A stretch of 64,000 nt of DNA from Eledone cirrhosa (Eukaryota): assembly GCA_964016885.1 (NCBI GenBank), contig OZ024745.1, positions 75,702,001 through 75,766,000 on the forward strand. Direction: 5' to 3'. The position numbers and the translations under genes were made by a program. The notes beneath the pieces are model-generated. The model had not been told where the DNA came from. It searched no databases and saw only the letters and a list, made by a program, of their open reading frames with translations. This document shows positions 25,801-40,104 of this stretch, one piece after another; positions within the stretch are counted from its first letter, which is position 1, and each line of letters opens with the position of its first letter.

Positions 25801-28800
25801 TATGATGTGAGTACCTCACCATGAGTTATGATGTGACTACCTTACTATGAGGTATGATGTGACTACCTCACTATGAGGTATGATGTGACTACCTCACCAT
25901 GAGGTATGATGTGACTACCTCACTATGAGGTATGATGTGACTACCTCACCGTCAGGTATGATGTGACTACCTCACTATGAGGTATGATGTGACTACCTCA
26001 CTATGAGGTATGATGTGACTACCTTACTATGAGGTATGATGTGACTACCTCACTATGAGGTATGATGTGACTACCTCACCATGAGGTATGATGTGACTAC
26101 CTCACTATGAGGTATGATGTGACTACCTCACCGTCAGGTATGATGTGACTACCTCACTATGAGGTATGATATGACTACCTTACTATGAGGTATGATGTGA
26201 CTACCTTACTATGAGGTATGATGTGAGTACCTCACCATGAGGTATGATGTGACTACCTCACTATGAGGTATGATGTCACTACCTTACTATGAGGTATGAT
26301 GTGAGTACCTCACTATGAGGTATGATGTGACTACCTCACCGTGAGGTATGATGTGACTACCTCACTATGAGGTATGATGTGACTACCTCACAATGAGGTA
26401 TGATGTGACTACCTCACTATGAGGTATGATGTGACTACCTCACTATGAGGCATGATGTGACTACCTCACTATGAGGTATGATCTGACTACCTCACCGTGA
26501 GGTATGATGTGACTACCTCACTATGAGGTATGATGTGACTACCTCACTATGAGGCATGATGTGACTACCTCACTATGAGGTATGATCTGACTACCTCACC
26601 GTGAGGTATGATGTGACTACCTCACTATGAGGTATGATGTGACTACCTCACTATGAGGTATGATGTGACTACCTCACTATGAGGTATGATGTGACTACCT
26701 CACCGTGAGGTATGATGTGACTACCTCACTATGAGGTATGATGTGACTACCTAACTATGAGGTATGGTGTGACTACCTCACCATGAGGTATGATGTGACT
26801 ACCTTACTATGAGGTATGATGTGACTACCTCACTATGAGGTATGATGTGACTACCTCACTATGAGGTATGATGTGACTACCTCACCATGAGGTATGATGT
26901 GACTACCTTACTATGAGGTATGATGTGACTACCTCACTATGAGGTATGATGTGACTACTTCACTATGAGGTATGATGTGACTACCTTACTATGAGGTATG
27001 ATGTGACTACTTTACTATGAGGTATGATGTGACTACCTCACTATGAGGTATGATGTGACTACCTCACCGTGAGGTATGATGTGACTACCTCACCGTCAGG
27101 TATGATGTGACTACTTTACTATGAGGTATGATGTGACTACCTCACTATGAGGTATGATGTGACTACCTCACCGTCAGGTATGATGTGACTACCTCACTAT
27201 GAGGTATGATGTTACTACCTCACCGTCAGGTATGATGTGACTACCTCACTATGAGGTATGATGTGACTACCTTACTATGAGGTATGATGTGACTACCTCA
27301 CCGTGAGGTATGATGTGACTACCTCACTATGAGGTATGATGTGACTACCTCACCGTCAGGTATGATGTGACTACCTCACTATGAGGTATGATGTGACTAC
27401 CTTACTATGAGGTATGATGTGACTACCTCACCGTGAGGTATGATGTGACTACCTCACTATGAGGTATGATGTGACTACCTCACCGTCAGGTATGATGTGA
27501 CTACCTCACTATGAGGTATGATGTGACTACCTTACTATGAGGTATGATGTGACTACCTCACCGTGAGGTATGATGTGACTACCTCACTATGAGGTATGAT
27601 GTGACTACCTCACCGTCAGGTATGATGTGACTACCTCACTATGAGGTATGATGTGACTACTTCACTATGAGGTATGATGTGACTACCTTACTATGAGGTA
27701 TGATGTGACTACTTTACTATGAGGTATGATGTGACTACCTCACCGTGAGGTATGATGTGACTACCTCACTATGAGGTATTATGTGACTACTTCACTATGA
27801 GGTATGATGTGACTACTTTACTATGAGGTATGATGTGACTACCTCACTATGAGGTATGATGTGACTACCTCACCGTGAGGTATGATGTGACTACCTCACT
27901 ATGAGGTATGATGTGACTACCTTACTATGATGTGTGATGTGACTACCTCACTATGAGGTATGGTGTGACTACTTCACCATGAGGTATGATGTGACTACCT
28001 CACTATGAGGTATGATGTGACTACCTCACCGTGAGGTATGATGTGACTACCTCACTATGAGGTATGATGTGACTACCTCACCGTGAGGTATGATGTGACT
28101 ACCTCACTATGAGGTATGATGTGACTACCTTACTATGAGGTATGATGTGACTACCTTACTATGAGGTATGATGTGACTACCTCACTATGAGGTATGATGT
28201 GACTACCTCACTATGAGGTATGGTGTGACTACTTCACCATGAGGTATGATGTGACTACCTTACTATGAGGTATGATGTGACTACCTCACTATGAGGTATG
28301 ATGTGACTACCTCACTATGAGGTATGATGTGACTACCTCACCGTGAGGTATGATGTGACTACCTCACTATGAGGTATGATGTGACTACCTTACTATGAGG
28401 TATGATGTGACTACCTTACTATGAGGTATGATGTGACTACCTCACTATGAGGTATGATGTGACTACCTCACTATGAGGTATGGTGTGACTACCTTACTAT
28501 GAGGTATGATGTGACTACCTTACTATGAGGTATGATGTGACTACCTCACTATGAGGCATGATGTGACTACCTCACTATGAGGTATGATCTGACTACCTCA
28601 CCGTGAGGTATGATGTGACTACCTCACTATGAGGTATGATGTGACTACCTCACTATGAGGTATGATGTGACTACCTCACTATGAGGTATGATGTGACTAC
28701 CTCACCGTGAGGTATGATGTGACTACCTTACTATGAGGTATGATGTGACTACCTCACCGTGAGGTATGATGTGACTACCTCACTATGAGGTATGATGTGA

Positions 28801-30073
28801 CTACCTTACTATGAGGTATGATGTGACTACCTTACTATGAGGTATGATGTGACTACCTCACTATGAGGTATGATGTGACTACCTCACTATGAGGTATGGT
28901 GTGACTACTTCACCATGAGGTATGATGTGACTACCTTACTATGAGGTATGATGTGACTACCTCACTATGAGGTATGATGTGACTACCTCACCGTGAGGTA
29001 TGATGTGACTACCTCACCGTGAGGTATGATGTGACTACCTCACTATGAGGTATGATGTGACTACCTTACTATGAGGTATGATGTGAGTACCTCACCATGA
29101 GGTATGATGTGACTACCTCACTATGAGGTATGATGTGACTACCTTACTATGAGGTATGATGTGACTACCTTACTATGAGGTATGATGTGACTACCTCACT
29201 ATGAGGCATGATGTGACTACCTCACTATGAGGTATGATCTGACTACCTCACCGTGAGGTATGATGTGACTACCTCACTATGAGGTATGATGTGACTACCT
29301 CACTATGAGGCATGATGTGACTACCTCACTATGAGGTATGATGTGACTACCTCACCGTGAGGTATGATGTGACTACCTTACTATGAGGTATGATGTGACT
29401 ACCTCACCGTGAGGTATGATGTGACTACCTCACTATGAGGTATGATGTGACTACCTTACTATGAGGTATGATGTGACTACCTTACTATGAGGTATGATGT
29501 GACTACCTCACTATGAGGTATGATGTGACTACCTCACTATGAGGTATGGTGTGACTACTTCACCATGAGGTATGATGTGACTACCTTACTATGAGGTATG
29601 ATGTGACTACCTCACTATGAGGTATGATGTGACTACCTCACTATGAGGTATGATGTGACTACCTCACCGTGAGGTATGATGTGACTACCTTACTATGAGG
29701 TATGATGTGACTACCTCACCGTGAGGTATGATGTGACTACCTCACTATGAGGTATGATGTGACTACCTCACCGTGAGGTATGATGTGACTACCTCACCGT
29801 GAGGTATGATGTGACTACCTCACTATGAGGTATGATGTGACTACCTCACTATGAGGTATGATGTGACTACCTTACTATGAGGTATGATGTGACTAGCTCA
29901 CCATGAGGTATGATGTGACTACCTCACTATGAGGTATGATGTGACTACCTTACTATGAGGTATGATGTGAGTACCTCACTATGAGGTATGATGTGACTAC
30001 TTCACTATGAGGTATGATGTGACTACCTCACTATGAGGTATGATGTGACTAGCTCACCATGAGGTATGATGTG
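25801..30073. repeat. Minisatellite, ~164 copies of 26-bp unit GACTACCTCACTATGAGGTATGATGT
   Basis: Uninterrupted 26-bp period. Internal palindrome TACCTCA-cta-TGAGGTA. Few recurrent variants. Confidence 0.98.
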
Positions 30074-31234
30074 ATAGCTAGAACGATCTGCATTACGGAA
30101 GACGAAAATAAAACTAAATAGGAAGGAATATGTTGAGACTGGTGGCTCAAAAGAATACTGATAGAACATAAAAATAAAAACCGCCACCAAATTTAAATAC
30201 AGTCGACCTGGTTTTGTTGATTTGGACCACATATTAAAAACATGCTCCGTTGTAGAAGTCAGCTGTCTGCTTGATGTCAATGAAGTAAGAAAAATGCAAG
30301 AGAAGGAGTATATCTAGAGACCATTGATAAGGAGTTTGCAGATCCAGTACCCAAAATACATGTTCAGCTTCATTATTGATCTATTAGCCCTACTGAACCA
30401 AGGTATAACTGAACTTAAATTTGTGGAGAAAGAATGTAGCTCCTTAATTCATAAGCTGCAAATGGCCGCGATATCTTGACCCTTTTAAATCTATAAAACA
30501 CTCTACGATTCAAAGGACGGATGCTTACAATGGACGGCGACAATTTCATTTTCTTTACAACCTTGACACCGGGAAGATGGCCGGTCAAAAATAAACTCAA
30601 AATTAAGAGAAAGAGAGAATGTACACTATATGCATACATATAGAGAGAGACCTGTAATAATCGGTGAATATTCGCCGCCACTCCACACATAACAGGGATG
30701 TGATGCCTCCAGTGTGTGTGCGTGTGTGTATGTGTGTATGTGTGTATGTGTGTACATGTGTGTGTGTGTGTGTGCCAGTGATAGTTGCATGACTATTAAC
30801 ACTTCTCTAGTATATCTGATTATTAATGCATTCGTAAGGAAGAACAAGAGAAAAAAATATAGACACACACAAAACAAAACAAGAATAACTCATCCGTCCA
30901 TTCTCTTATTTCTAACAATTGCTAGAAACTTCCCTCTTCTGCCAGTTCATTGCATACCTTATGTTATATGATATAGCAGAGTCACTCCTTTTTATATATT
31001 CCATTTCATTGAGCCGTTGTCTCAGCTATATCACACACCACTCTTGTTATGGCTATAGCCTATCGCCATTCTAACGTTGTACTCAATCTCGTTTTATTGA
31101 AGTCAATTCCCTGAGGACGCTATTCACAAGACTCCAAGCCACTTTTGTTAGTGTGTCCACCAGTTGTGTGTGCTTGCGTATATATATATATATAAGTGTG
31201 TGTACGCGTGTGTATGTACGCGTGTGTGCGCATA

Positions 31235-31286
<52 letters not shown>

Positions 31287-31819
31287 CGTATGTTTATACG
31301 TGTGTGTGTATATGTGTGTATGTATCCTTTTGCCAACACCGTGTAAATGTCTGTGTATGTATATGTGTATGTGTCCTTTGCCAACATTGATCAAACTGCG
31401 CACTCTGACTTTTGCTGTTTGTCAGTAAAAACACTCCCTGGGGAGGCATCAACAACACAGACCCATTTTCATCAATTCAAAGGCTATTGAACCTAACGAA
31501 ACAGCCAACTTGTGCGCATGCCTGCATGAATACATGTATTATCATATATTTGTATAGCTTGTTTCATTGATTGTTCATACGTAATATTTGGTTTTCGAAA
31601 CTCCTCTTCGATCTCAACATTTCCTTCTTTCTTTCCTTCTCACTTTTGTTATTTTTTAGTTTTGTTGTTGCTGTTGTTGTTTGTTTGTATACTCCCATTA
31701 CTGTTATTATTTTTATTTATATCATTATTATTATTATTATACGTTTGATTTTGTATTATTTTTGCGATAGAAATTTCACTGGTAGTCATGAATTCCAACA
31801 GGATTGGTATTTTTATTTC

Positions 31820-32034
31820 TGCTACAGTTTTTGTTGCTGTTATATTGTTTCTGCTGTTGTTGTTGTTATTGTTTCTGCAGTTGTTGGTGTTGTTGGTGTT
31901 GTTATTGTCACTGCAGTTGTTGTTGTTGTTGCTGTTATTGTCACTGTAGTTGTTGTTGCTGTTATTTTTTTCTGCAGCAGTTGTTGTTTCTGTTATTGTT
32001 TCTGCAGTTGTTGTTTCTGTTATTGTTTCTGCAG

Positions 32035-32069
<35 letters not shown>

Positions 32070-32560
32070 ACTGCAGTTTTGTTGCTGTTATTGTTTCTGC
32101 AGCTTTTGGTGTTGTTGTTGCTGTTATTGTCACTGTAGTTGTTGTTGCTGTTATTGTTTCTGCAGTTGCTGTTGTTGTTGTTGTTGTTACTGCAGTTTTG
32201 TTGCTGTTATTGTTTCTGCAGCTGTTGGTGTTGTTGTTGCTGTTATTGTCACTGTAGTTGTTGTTGCTGTTATTGTTTCCGCAGTTGTTGTTGTTGTTGC
32301 TGTTATTGTTACTGCTGTTGTTGTTGTTGTTGCTGTTATTGTTACTGATGTTGTTGTTGTTGTTGCTGTTATTGTTACTGCTGTTTGTTGTTGTTGTTGG
32401 TGGTGTTATTGTTACTGCAGTTTTTGTGGTTGTTGTAGTTGTTGTCACTACAGTTGTTGTTGGTGGTATTGTTACTGCAGTTGTTTGTGTTGTTGTTGTT
32501 GTCACTACAGTTGTTATTGTTGTTATTTTATTGCAGTTGTTTGTGTTGTTGTTGTTATAA
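31820..32560. repeat. Compound (GTT)n-derived repeat with recurring ctgcag/gttattgt units
   Basis: Read directly. Confidence 0.9.
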
Positions 32561-32685
32561 TTGTTTTGTTATTCCATCACTACCACAGTATGTATTCCTG
32601 TGTATTGTTTTAGTTTTTAGTTTTTGTATTTTCATTTCTTTTATATATTTATGTGATATGTGTAAGTATGTAAAGGGTAAAAATG

Positions 32686-32802
<117 letters not shown>

Positions 32803-32807
32803 CAAAC

Positions 32808-32854
<47 letters not shown>

Positions 32855-33539
32855 GTGTGTGTGTGTATCTGTGTGTGTGTGAGTGTGTGTGTGTGCGCAT
32901 TAGTGTGTTTGGGGGTGTTTGTGTATGTGCGTGTATGTCAGTGTGTTTGTTTATGTGTGTGCGTGTATGTGAACATACTAACTAAACTATTTACTCATAT
33001 AATACAGATGAGTGTTATGGTCATAGAAATATTCAAACAATGGTTTGTCCCCACAAACCAAAACCAGACATTTGTAGGGAAGTGGTTTAAAAGATAAAAT
33101 TTAATCCCCACTATATGACAGGTACTCGGTTCAGCAGTAGAACAGCAGTGAAAGAGACAGTCAAACAATCACTATATATGAATTCAGAACTTAGGGACAC
33201 AAAAACTAATGCCTTCAAGACATTCAGGTACTTGTAAAGCTAGTAAATAAGCCGAGACCAGATGTGATATACAGAGCCTTGAAGCTGGTAATAGACCCCA
33301 AGTGAGATATGAAATATATACCCACGAATCCAACTTTAGACTCAGGCTAAATGTAACATATAACCCCCCCCCCCTCCCTCCCTCCCTCCAAAGAAAAATG
33401 GTTCTAGGCTGAGGCCAAATGTGAAATGTTGACAAAATGCCGAGATCGGAATTTATTACTAGTAAATACATAAACCGTGTCAATGACGTTAAGTTTTCTT
33501 GTTATAATGATACAACTAATTTTGAATAACATTAATAAC

Positions 33540-33780
33540 AATTCTCTGAAGCTGTTTGGCTTCGTCAAACGCTCAAATTATCGTCTCCTTGAAATCTCTC
33601 GGGGTGGTATGTTACCTGGAAAAGAATCGAGTAAACCTCAATGGGAGATGAAGAAACCAAACCCTAAAATGATCGCAATGTCCCTTCATGGACAAAGCTC
33701 AATGCAATGACAACAAATAAGAATAAATGGAGGAAATATATTCAGGACATCCTTGCTGTACGTAGGAATAACAGAAGAAT
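33540..33780 (+). pseudogene. Decayed RTE-like LINE 3' fragment
   Basis: LKLFGFVKRSNYRLLEISRGGMLPGKESSKPQW resembles the RTE C-terminal L.WFGHV.R...G...GKR..GRP..RW. Confidence 0.45.
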
Positions 33781-34690
33781 TCTTTCTAATGTTCGTCGCC
33801 CATTAACTATCAAATGGTTTTATGCTAAAAAATAATCGTAATTTTTGTGGTAGTTTTTCGTCAATGTCTGACGTATATAATATACATTTTACGTGGTTTC
33901 TGTGAATGAGAGTCGTATTTCTTCCTGGTGGAATAATGGAACTAAACTTTGAAAGCTAAAAGATTACTCGATGAATTTACAGAGATGCCACAGCTTATAA
34001 AGATACGTTGCACCTCCTAGTGGTATTTGTAAAATATTAGAACATATTTCTGCTTGATCAGGGATGATCTGAGGGCTAAACGTAAACAATGACCTATAAG
34101 CTAACGAAGAGGCCTCTACATAGTCGCTTGACCTAGTATGAATAACAGTCAAATCTCCCACAAATCTCACTCAACTGTTTTAAAGGATGGGGGTGGACAC
34201 AAGATAATGTTCGATCCATTAAATATCCGACCTGTTAAATTAACCTGCAAATGGCTGAGTATTCCATAGATATATGCGTCCTTAGTGTAGTTCCTAAACC
34301 GAACCATGTGACAAAATATGCAAAAAAACTGTCTCTTTGAATTATACAGGAACAATCTACCCAAAAGAATTCTACACAATGTCACTTACAAAGCTTGGAT
34401 CAACCGAGTCTATGGTGAAAGATACTTAACTAAGATACCATGCAAACTATGCAGTAAGGTCGAACCAGAGAACTTATGATTACGAAACAAACTTATTGAC
34501 CTCTCAGTCGTGTATGCGTCCATGGATATACAAAAACATGGGATAATCAAGCTAGACAGTCTTTTGTTACACCCAATCACAACTTCCTCGGGCTAATCAA
34601 CAGCAGGTACAGCTTGTAAGCAGTACTAAACACATATCTTAAAGGAATCTCATATTCTCAGATGATAGCTTAAGTATCTTCATTTTACAC

Positions 34691-35066
34691 GAAGAAGAAG
34701 AAGAAGAAGAAGAAGAAGAAGAAGAAGAAGAAGAAGAAGAAGAAGAAGAAGAAGAAGAAGAAGAAAAAGAAGAAGAAGAAGAAGAAGAAGAAGAAGAAGA
34801 AGAAGAAGAAGAAGAAGAAGAAGAAGAAGGGGGTGGGAGAAGAAGGAAGGGGAGGAGAAGTGAAGAAGAAGAAGGGGTGGGAGAAGAAGGAAGGGGAGAA
34901 GTGAAGAAGAAGAAGAAGAAGAAGAAGAAGAAGAAGAAGGGGGTGGGAGAAGAAGGAAGAGGAGGAGAAGAAGAAGAAGAAGAAGAAGAAGAAGAAGAAG
35001 AAGAAGAAGAAGAAGAAGAAGAAGAAGAAGAAGAAGAAGAAGAAGAAGAAGAAGAAGAAGAAGAAG
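34691..35066. repeat. (GAA)n microsatellite with ggggtgggagaagaaggaag interruptions
   Basis: Read directly. Confidence 0.95.
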
Positions 35067-35619
35067 GTGACAATATCACCCAAAGACAAAGACATGCAGC
35101 TAAAGTATAACTTCCTTATTAACCAATATTTGGTATTTTTGCACAACACTCTTTTTATTACTCCTTGGTTTCGCTCCGATCCAATTTTCTTTAATTCGCT
35201 TACATCCCTCACAGACACACACATACACACACACGCGCGCACACATACGCGCGCACACACACACACTCACATGTACACATGTACAAATAAATATACAAGC
35301 GTCACATGTAAACAGCTAAACATATGTGTATGTGTGTGCGTGTAATGTATAATTATGTATGAGTATAGGCATACGTGTATGTATGCACACAAGTGTATAT
35401 GTTTATTTGAGATGTTTATATATATATATATATAATATTCATACAAACACGCATACACACACACTCATATATATATATAAACATATATATATATATAATA
35501 TTCATACAAACACACGCACACACGCACGCACACACACATATATATATATATATACATAATATTCATACAAATACACACCAACAACACACACATATATATA
35601 TATATATATACATATATAC

Positions 35620-35684
<65 letters not shown>

Positions 35685-35842
35685 TTGGTGCTCTGAAATA
35701 GCGATATATATATATGAATGTATATATAGTGTATTTTGCAATACACTGTATGCTTAATTAAAAGCATTTCGAAGACCTTATGCTATTGTTTTAGAGTAGT
35801 GACAGTCTCACTTACTTTAATTTTCAGCAAACAGGGGAGGTA

Positions 35843-35889
35843 AAGCTGATAGAGGTCTGTTTCGCATTTTGTTATGCTTATCAAAGCTT
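35843..35889 (-). ncRNA. Hammerhead ribozyme, U3-A8 core variant (family G left arm; stem III mismatch)
   Basis: Minus strand: AAGCT TTGATAA GCAT aacaaa ATGC GAAACAG acct CTaTC AGCTT. Confidence 0.7.
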
Positions 35890-36199
35890 ACTCCTCCTGT
35901 TTGCTGAAAATCATGAATGTTTGATTCTTATAGAATTCTTAGTAATAATCAGGAACTGATTATACAGAGCGGTTGCCGGTCAAGCAGAAATTGAAAATTA
36001 GAATTGGTGCTCTGAAATAGCTATATATATATGAATGTATATATAGCGATATAACTATATATATATCGCTATTTCAGAGCACCAATTCTAATTTTCAATT
36101 TCTGCTTGACCGGCAACCGCTCTGTATAATCAGTTCCTGATTATTACTAAGAATTCTATAAGAACAAACATTCATGATTTTCAGCAAACAGGAGTAGTT

Positions 36200-36244
36200 A
36201 GCTTTGATAAGCATAAAAAAATGCGAAACAGACCTCTGTCAGCT
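36200..36244 (+). ncRNA. Hammerhead ribozyme, U3-A8 core variant (family G right arm)
   Basis: AGCT TTGATAA GCAT aaaaaa ATGC GAAACAG acct CTGTC AGCT. Compensatory C3U/G8A change; all three stems pair. Confidence 0.85.
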
Positions 36245-36372
36245 TTATCTCCCCTGTTTGCTAAAAATTAAAGTAAGTGAGACTGTTACTACTCTAAAAC
36301 AATAGCATAAGGTCTTCGAAATGCTTTTAATTAAGCATACAGTGTATTGCAAAATACACTATATATACATTC

Positions 36373-36406
<34 letters not shown>

Positions 36407-36573
36407 ATGTATATATATAAACATGCATATACGTGTAGACATATCTATAAATAAATCTGTGTGTATATACATGTGTGTGTGTGTGCGTGTATATATGTAT
36501 GTGTATGCATATGAATGTGTATGTAAATATTTATGTATTTATATATACATATGTGTGTATATGTATGTGTGTG

Positions 36574-36627
<54 letters not shown>

Positions 36628-36766
36628 AACACTTTGATTTCATTGTTAATCTCTCTTGTGACTTTAAATCACATATCTTCTTTTTTTTGAGCCTATATAT
36701 ATATATATATGATGTATGTTTTATATCTTTCTGTCTCCTCTTATTTTGTCCTCTTTTCTTCTTCTT

Positions 36767-36826
<60 letters not shown>

Positions 36827-37743
36827 TTTGATTTCCTTCAGCCATCTTACACTTTACGTTTCTCCTTTGACAATATTTCCTTTCCTGTTTAGTCCTCTCG
36901 AAATTGCTACTCATCTTCTTAACTCGTCCTTCTTTCGCTTTTTACACCTAACTAGATACCCCTTTTCTCCTTCTTCTACTTCGTCTCCTTCATTTTTTCT
37001 CTTTCTTTATTTTCTTCCTCTCTTTGCTTTTTTTTTTATCTGGGATATCTATTTATTTTTGTTTTGCATTTTGTTTTTTTATTCTACCTTATTTCATTTC
37101 TTCTTCCTTATTTTTGTTGCCATCTTCATTTTTTTTTTTTTTTTTTTTTTTTTTTACCTTCTACTTTCCAATTCTCTATGAATCTATTTCTTCAAAAATT
37201 CCATTCTCTCTCTTTTATTTCATCGGTTGAAACTTGAAGAGATTTCCCAATAGAAATTCCCCAGCAGAAATTAAAAACGTAGAGTAAAAGTAATTTCTAT
37301 TCTAACACCTTTACAATGCATGGCTGCCGGCTCTCTTCGTTCCCTTTGAAAATCTAATCGTATTTTCAGATAAACAGCTATATATGCAGCGTGACGAATG
37401 CGTTTGTGGTTAACGAGTAGAAATTTCGAATAGCTTTCACAAATAAAGTACACATGTTATCAGCGTGCCGATGTCTTTCTTAGTGACTACACTGATAGGT
37501 GTTATTGTAAAAGTACAGCAGGTGCTGTTCTTATAACTCTGTGTTTGTCAAAGATGATACATGAAACTCTCCACAAACTAAACCTTCCTCTTTATCCATC
37601 ATTCGTTCACTTTATTCATTATTCATTAAACGATTTACATTATATTCGCCAGGAGTAATGTCTGGTTGATAGTATCAACAATAAAAAAAGACTAATAGAA
37701 ACATTGCTTCCTTTGTCCGATCTGATGACCAGCTACTTTCCTA

Positions 37744-37801
<58 letters not shown>

Positions 37802-37806
<5 letters not shown>

Positions 37807-38193
37807 GGAAAAAATGAAACGAAATTTCATTTCCCACTCTTAGTACGGCTGTTACTTAAATATAAGTATGTACACGTACATACATATATGTATACAGACG
37901 TACAGTAGTATGTATATATATATACATACATGCACACATATATATATGTACGTGTGGATTCACCGAACATTTATTATAATGCTCGGTGTGTTACAAACAC
38001 ACCGAGCATTATAATAAATGTTCGATGAATCCACACGTACATATATATGTGTGCATGTATGTATATATATATACATACTACTGTATATGTGTGCATGTAT
38101 GTATATATATATACATACTACTGTATATGTGTGCATGTATATATATATATACATACTACTGTATGTATACATATATGTATTTACGTGTACATA

Positions 38194-38198
<5 letters not shown>
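37802..38198. mobile_element. Family B fold-back copy (ribozyme not reached)
   Basis: Same fixed terminus as 1265 and 22661. Hairpin centre ggtgtgttacaaacacacc (~37993). Right arm has a triplicated tgtgtgcatg..catactactgta unit. Confidence 0.85.
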
Positions 38199-38248
<50 letters not shown>

Positions 38249-38475
38249 ATAATAATAAAATTGAAGACTAAAATCCAAAGAGGGCTCGATAAGGAAAATA
38301 TATATCAAATATATAAGAACCGTAGAGCAAATATTTATTAAAATAACAGATTAAAGTTTAAGCAAAGCGATTCTTTGCTTAAACTTTAATCTGTTATTTT
38401 AATAAATATATATATATATATAGTAATAATTAAAATTTGAAGACTAAAATCCAAAGAGGGCTCGATATCATATAT

Positions 38476-38523
<48 letters not shown>

Positions 38524-39727
38524 TGCGTAAATCTGAAGAACAACAAGGAAATACAAAACCGGGGCTCTTATACACCCTATCACTTATAGTTGTGTCCTGG
38601 AATAGACCTACAAATTTACATTAGTGCTCATATTGGTAGTTATATATACTAAGTTATGTGCTAAGCAGCCAGAGTATACGATGAAGTTATATCTGTATAT
38701 ATACAGTATGTAGGTAGTCGAGACTGCATAAATGTGTATATAAATTTACGCATCTTTTAATGAATTTATAGAGAAATGGGAAGAGAAAAAGGAAGAGAAA
38801 AGGGAAGAAATAAAGATATATTCGCGGGTTAAAATGTGTCAACATTGTATGTGAACCAAATCTGCGGGCGTTTTTGTTCAACGATATAAAAATTTAACCG
38901 TGGTCAACGTTGCCTTTCATCCTTCCAGGATCGATAAAATGAAGGCCCGGTCAATTACTTGGGTCGTTATAATCAACTTTTCCCTTTCCTAAAATTGTTG
39001 GTTTTCTACTTAAATTAGAGAGCATCATATACCCCCAGTCTGTGACCGGCAGTCAAACATTTTCGTTTATTTTCTTCTCGTTCAATAATTTATCCTGTTG
39101 TTTTGTTGTGTTCTTTAAATAAAAATTTATGGATCTTCTGTCGGTTTTTGACGATGAGCATACAGGCTTCGATCATCTGAAGGTCCGACTAGGAGATTTA
39201 CATGTAGGTGATTGACTATTCCATAGACACGTGTACGGGTAACGTAATTCCCCAATTTAATCAATTCCACCAATCCGCCCGTCTACCTAATTTCTCTGAC
39301 GAGACTATAGTAAAAGACACTCGCACAAGATGCCACCTAGAAGGATCAAACTTGAGACCTCATGATTGTGAAACGAGTTTCTTCAGCACACAGCCATGCC
39401 TATGTATATAAAAAGTGTGTACATGATGAGACTCTAACCCATTCCATGGCGGCTGGTAGCTCACAATGAGACTGAAACTCAGAATACAATGAGCCATAAA
39501 AATACCGCAAGGCACTCTAAAGGTTCTGCTAGTCTAATGCTTTACATTTGTACTTTATTTATCAAACCCGAAAGGATAAAAGGACAAGTTAACCTGGACG
39601 GTATTTGAACTCAGAAAGCAGGAATAAACACTGCAAGGTATTTCATCCGGTGCTCTAACACTTCTGCCAATTCACCACCTTTATTAGAAGGTGTAGACAC
39701 TGCGCCTCATTAATTAATATTTACTTC

Positions 39728-39947
39728 GGGCAGTGGATTGGCAGTAAGCGGTAGAGCGTCGGATACCCTGTTTCGCAGCATAGAGTTATGGCCCTTTACG
39801 TTCTGGGTTCAAATCCCGCCGAGGTTAGCTATACCTTTCTTCCTTACGGAGTCGATAAAATAAAGTACCAGTAACACACTGGGGTCGATTTAATCGACTT
39901 TCTCCTTCCCTTCAAATTGCTGGCCTTGGGCTTATATTAGAAATCAT
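39728..39947 (+). mobile_element. tRNA-derived SINE (type 1), near full length
   Basis: tggcagtaagcggtagagcg A box, gggttcaaatccc B box, core ccttacggagtcgataaaataaagtaccag, tail ggccttgggc...agaaatcatt. Confidence 0.85.
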
Positions 39948-40104
39948 TGTCGGACATCCTTTCCAGCATAGTTCAAATCCCGCCGAGGTTAACTTTGACT
40001 TTCATCCATACGGGGGTTCGATAAAATAAAGTACCAGTAATGTACTGGGTAATTGCTGGCACAAAGCCAGCAATTACCCAGTACATTACTGGTACTTTAT
40101 TTTA
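39948..40104. mobile_element. SINE fragment ending in a perfect tail-to-tail hairpin
   Basis: aaaataaagtaccagtaatgtactgggtaattgctggc-acaaa-gccagcaattacccagtacattactggtactttatttt. Confidence 0.8.

Larger units (their letters stand above)
35679..36375. mobile_element. Family G retrozyme-like element: 319-bp monomer, >1 copy, then full inverted copy
   Basis: agaattggtgctctgaaatag at 35681 and 36000. ~36060-36375 is the reverse complement of a permuted monomer. (TA)n flanks. Backbone homologous to family F. Confidence 0.9.

Noticed and set aside
25801-30073. CRISPR-like array of palindromic 26-bp repeats
   Set aside because: No unique spacers, no cas genes and a eukaryotic context; it is a contiguous minisatellite.
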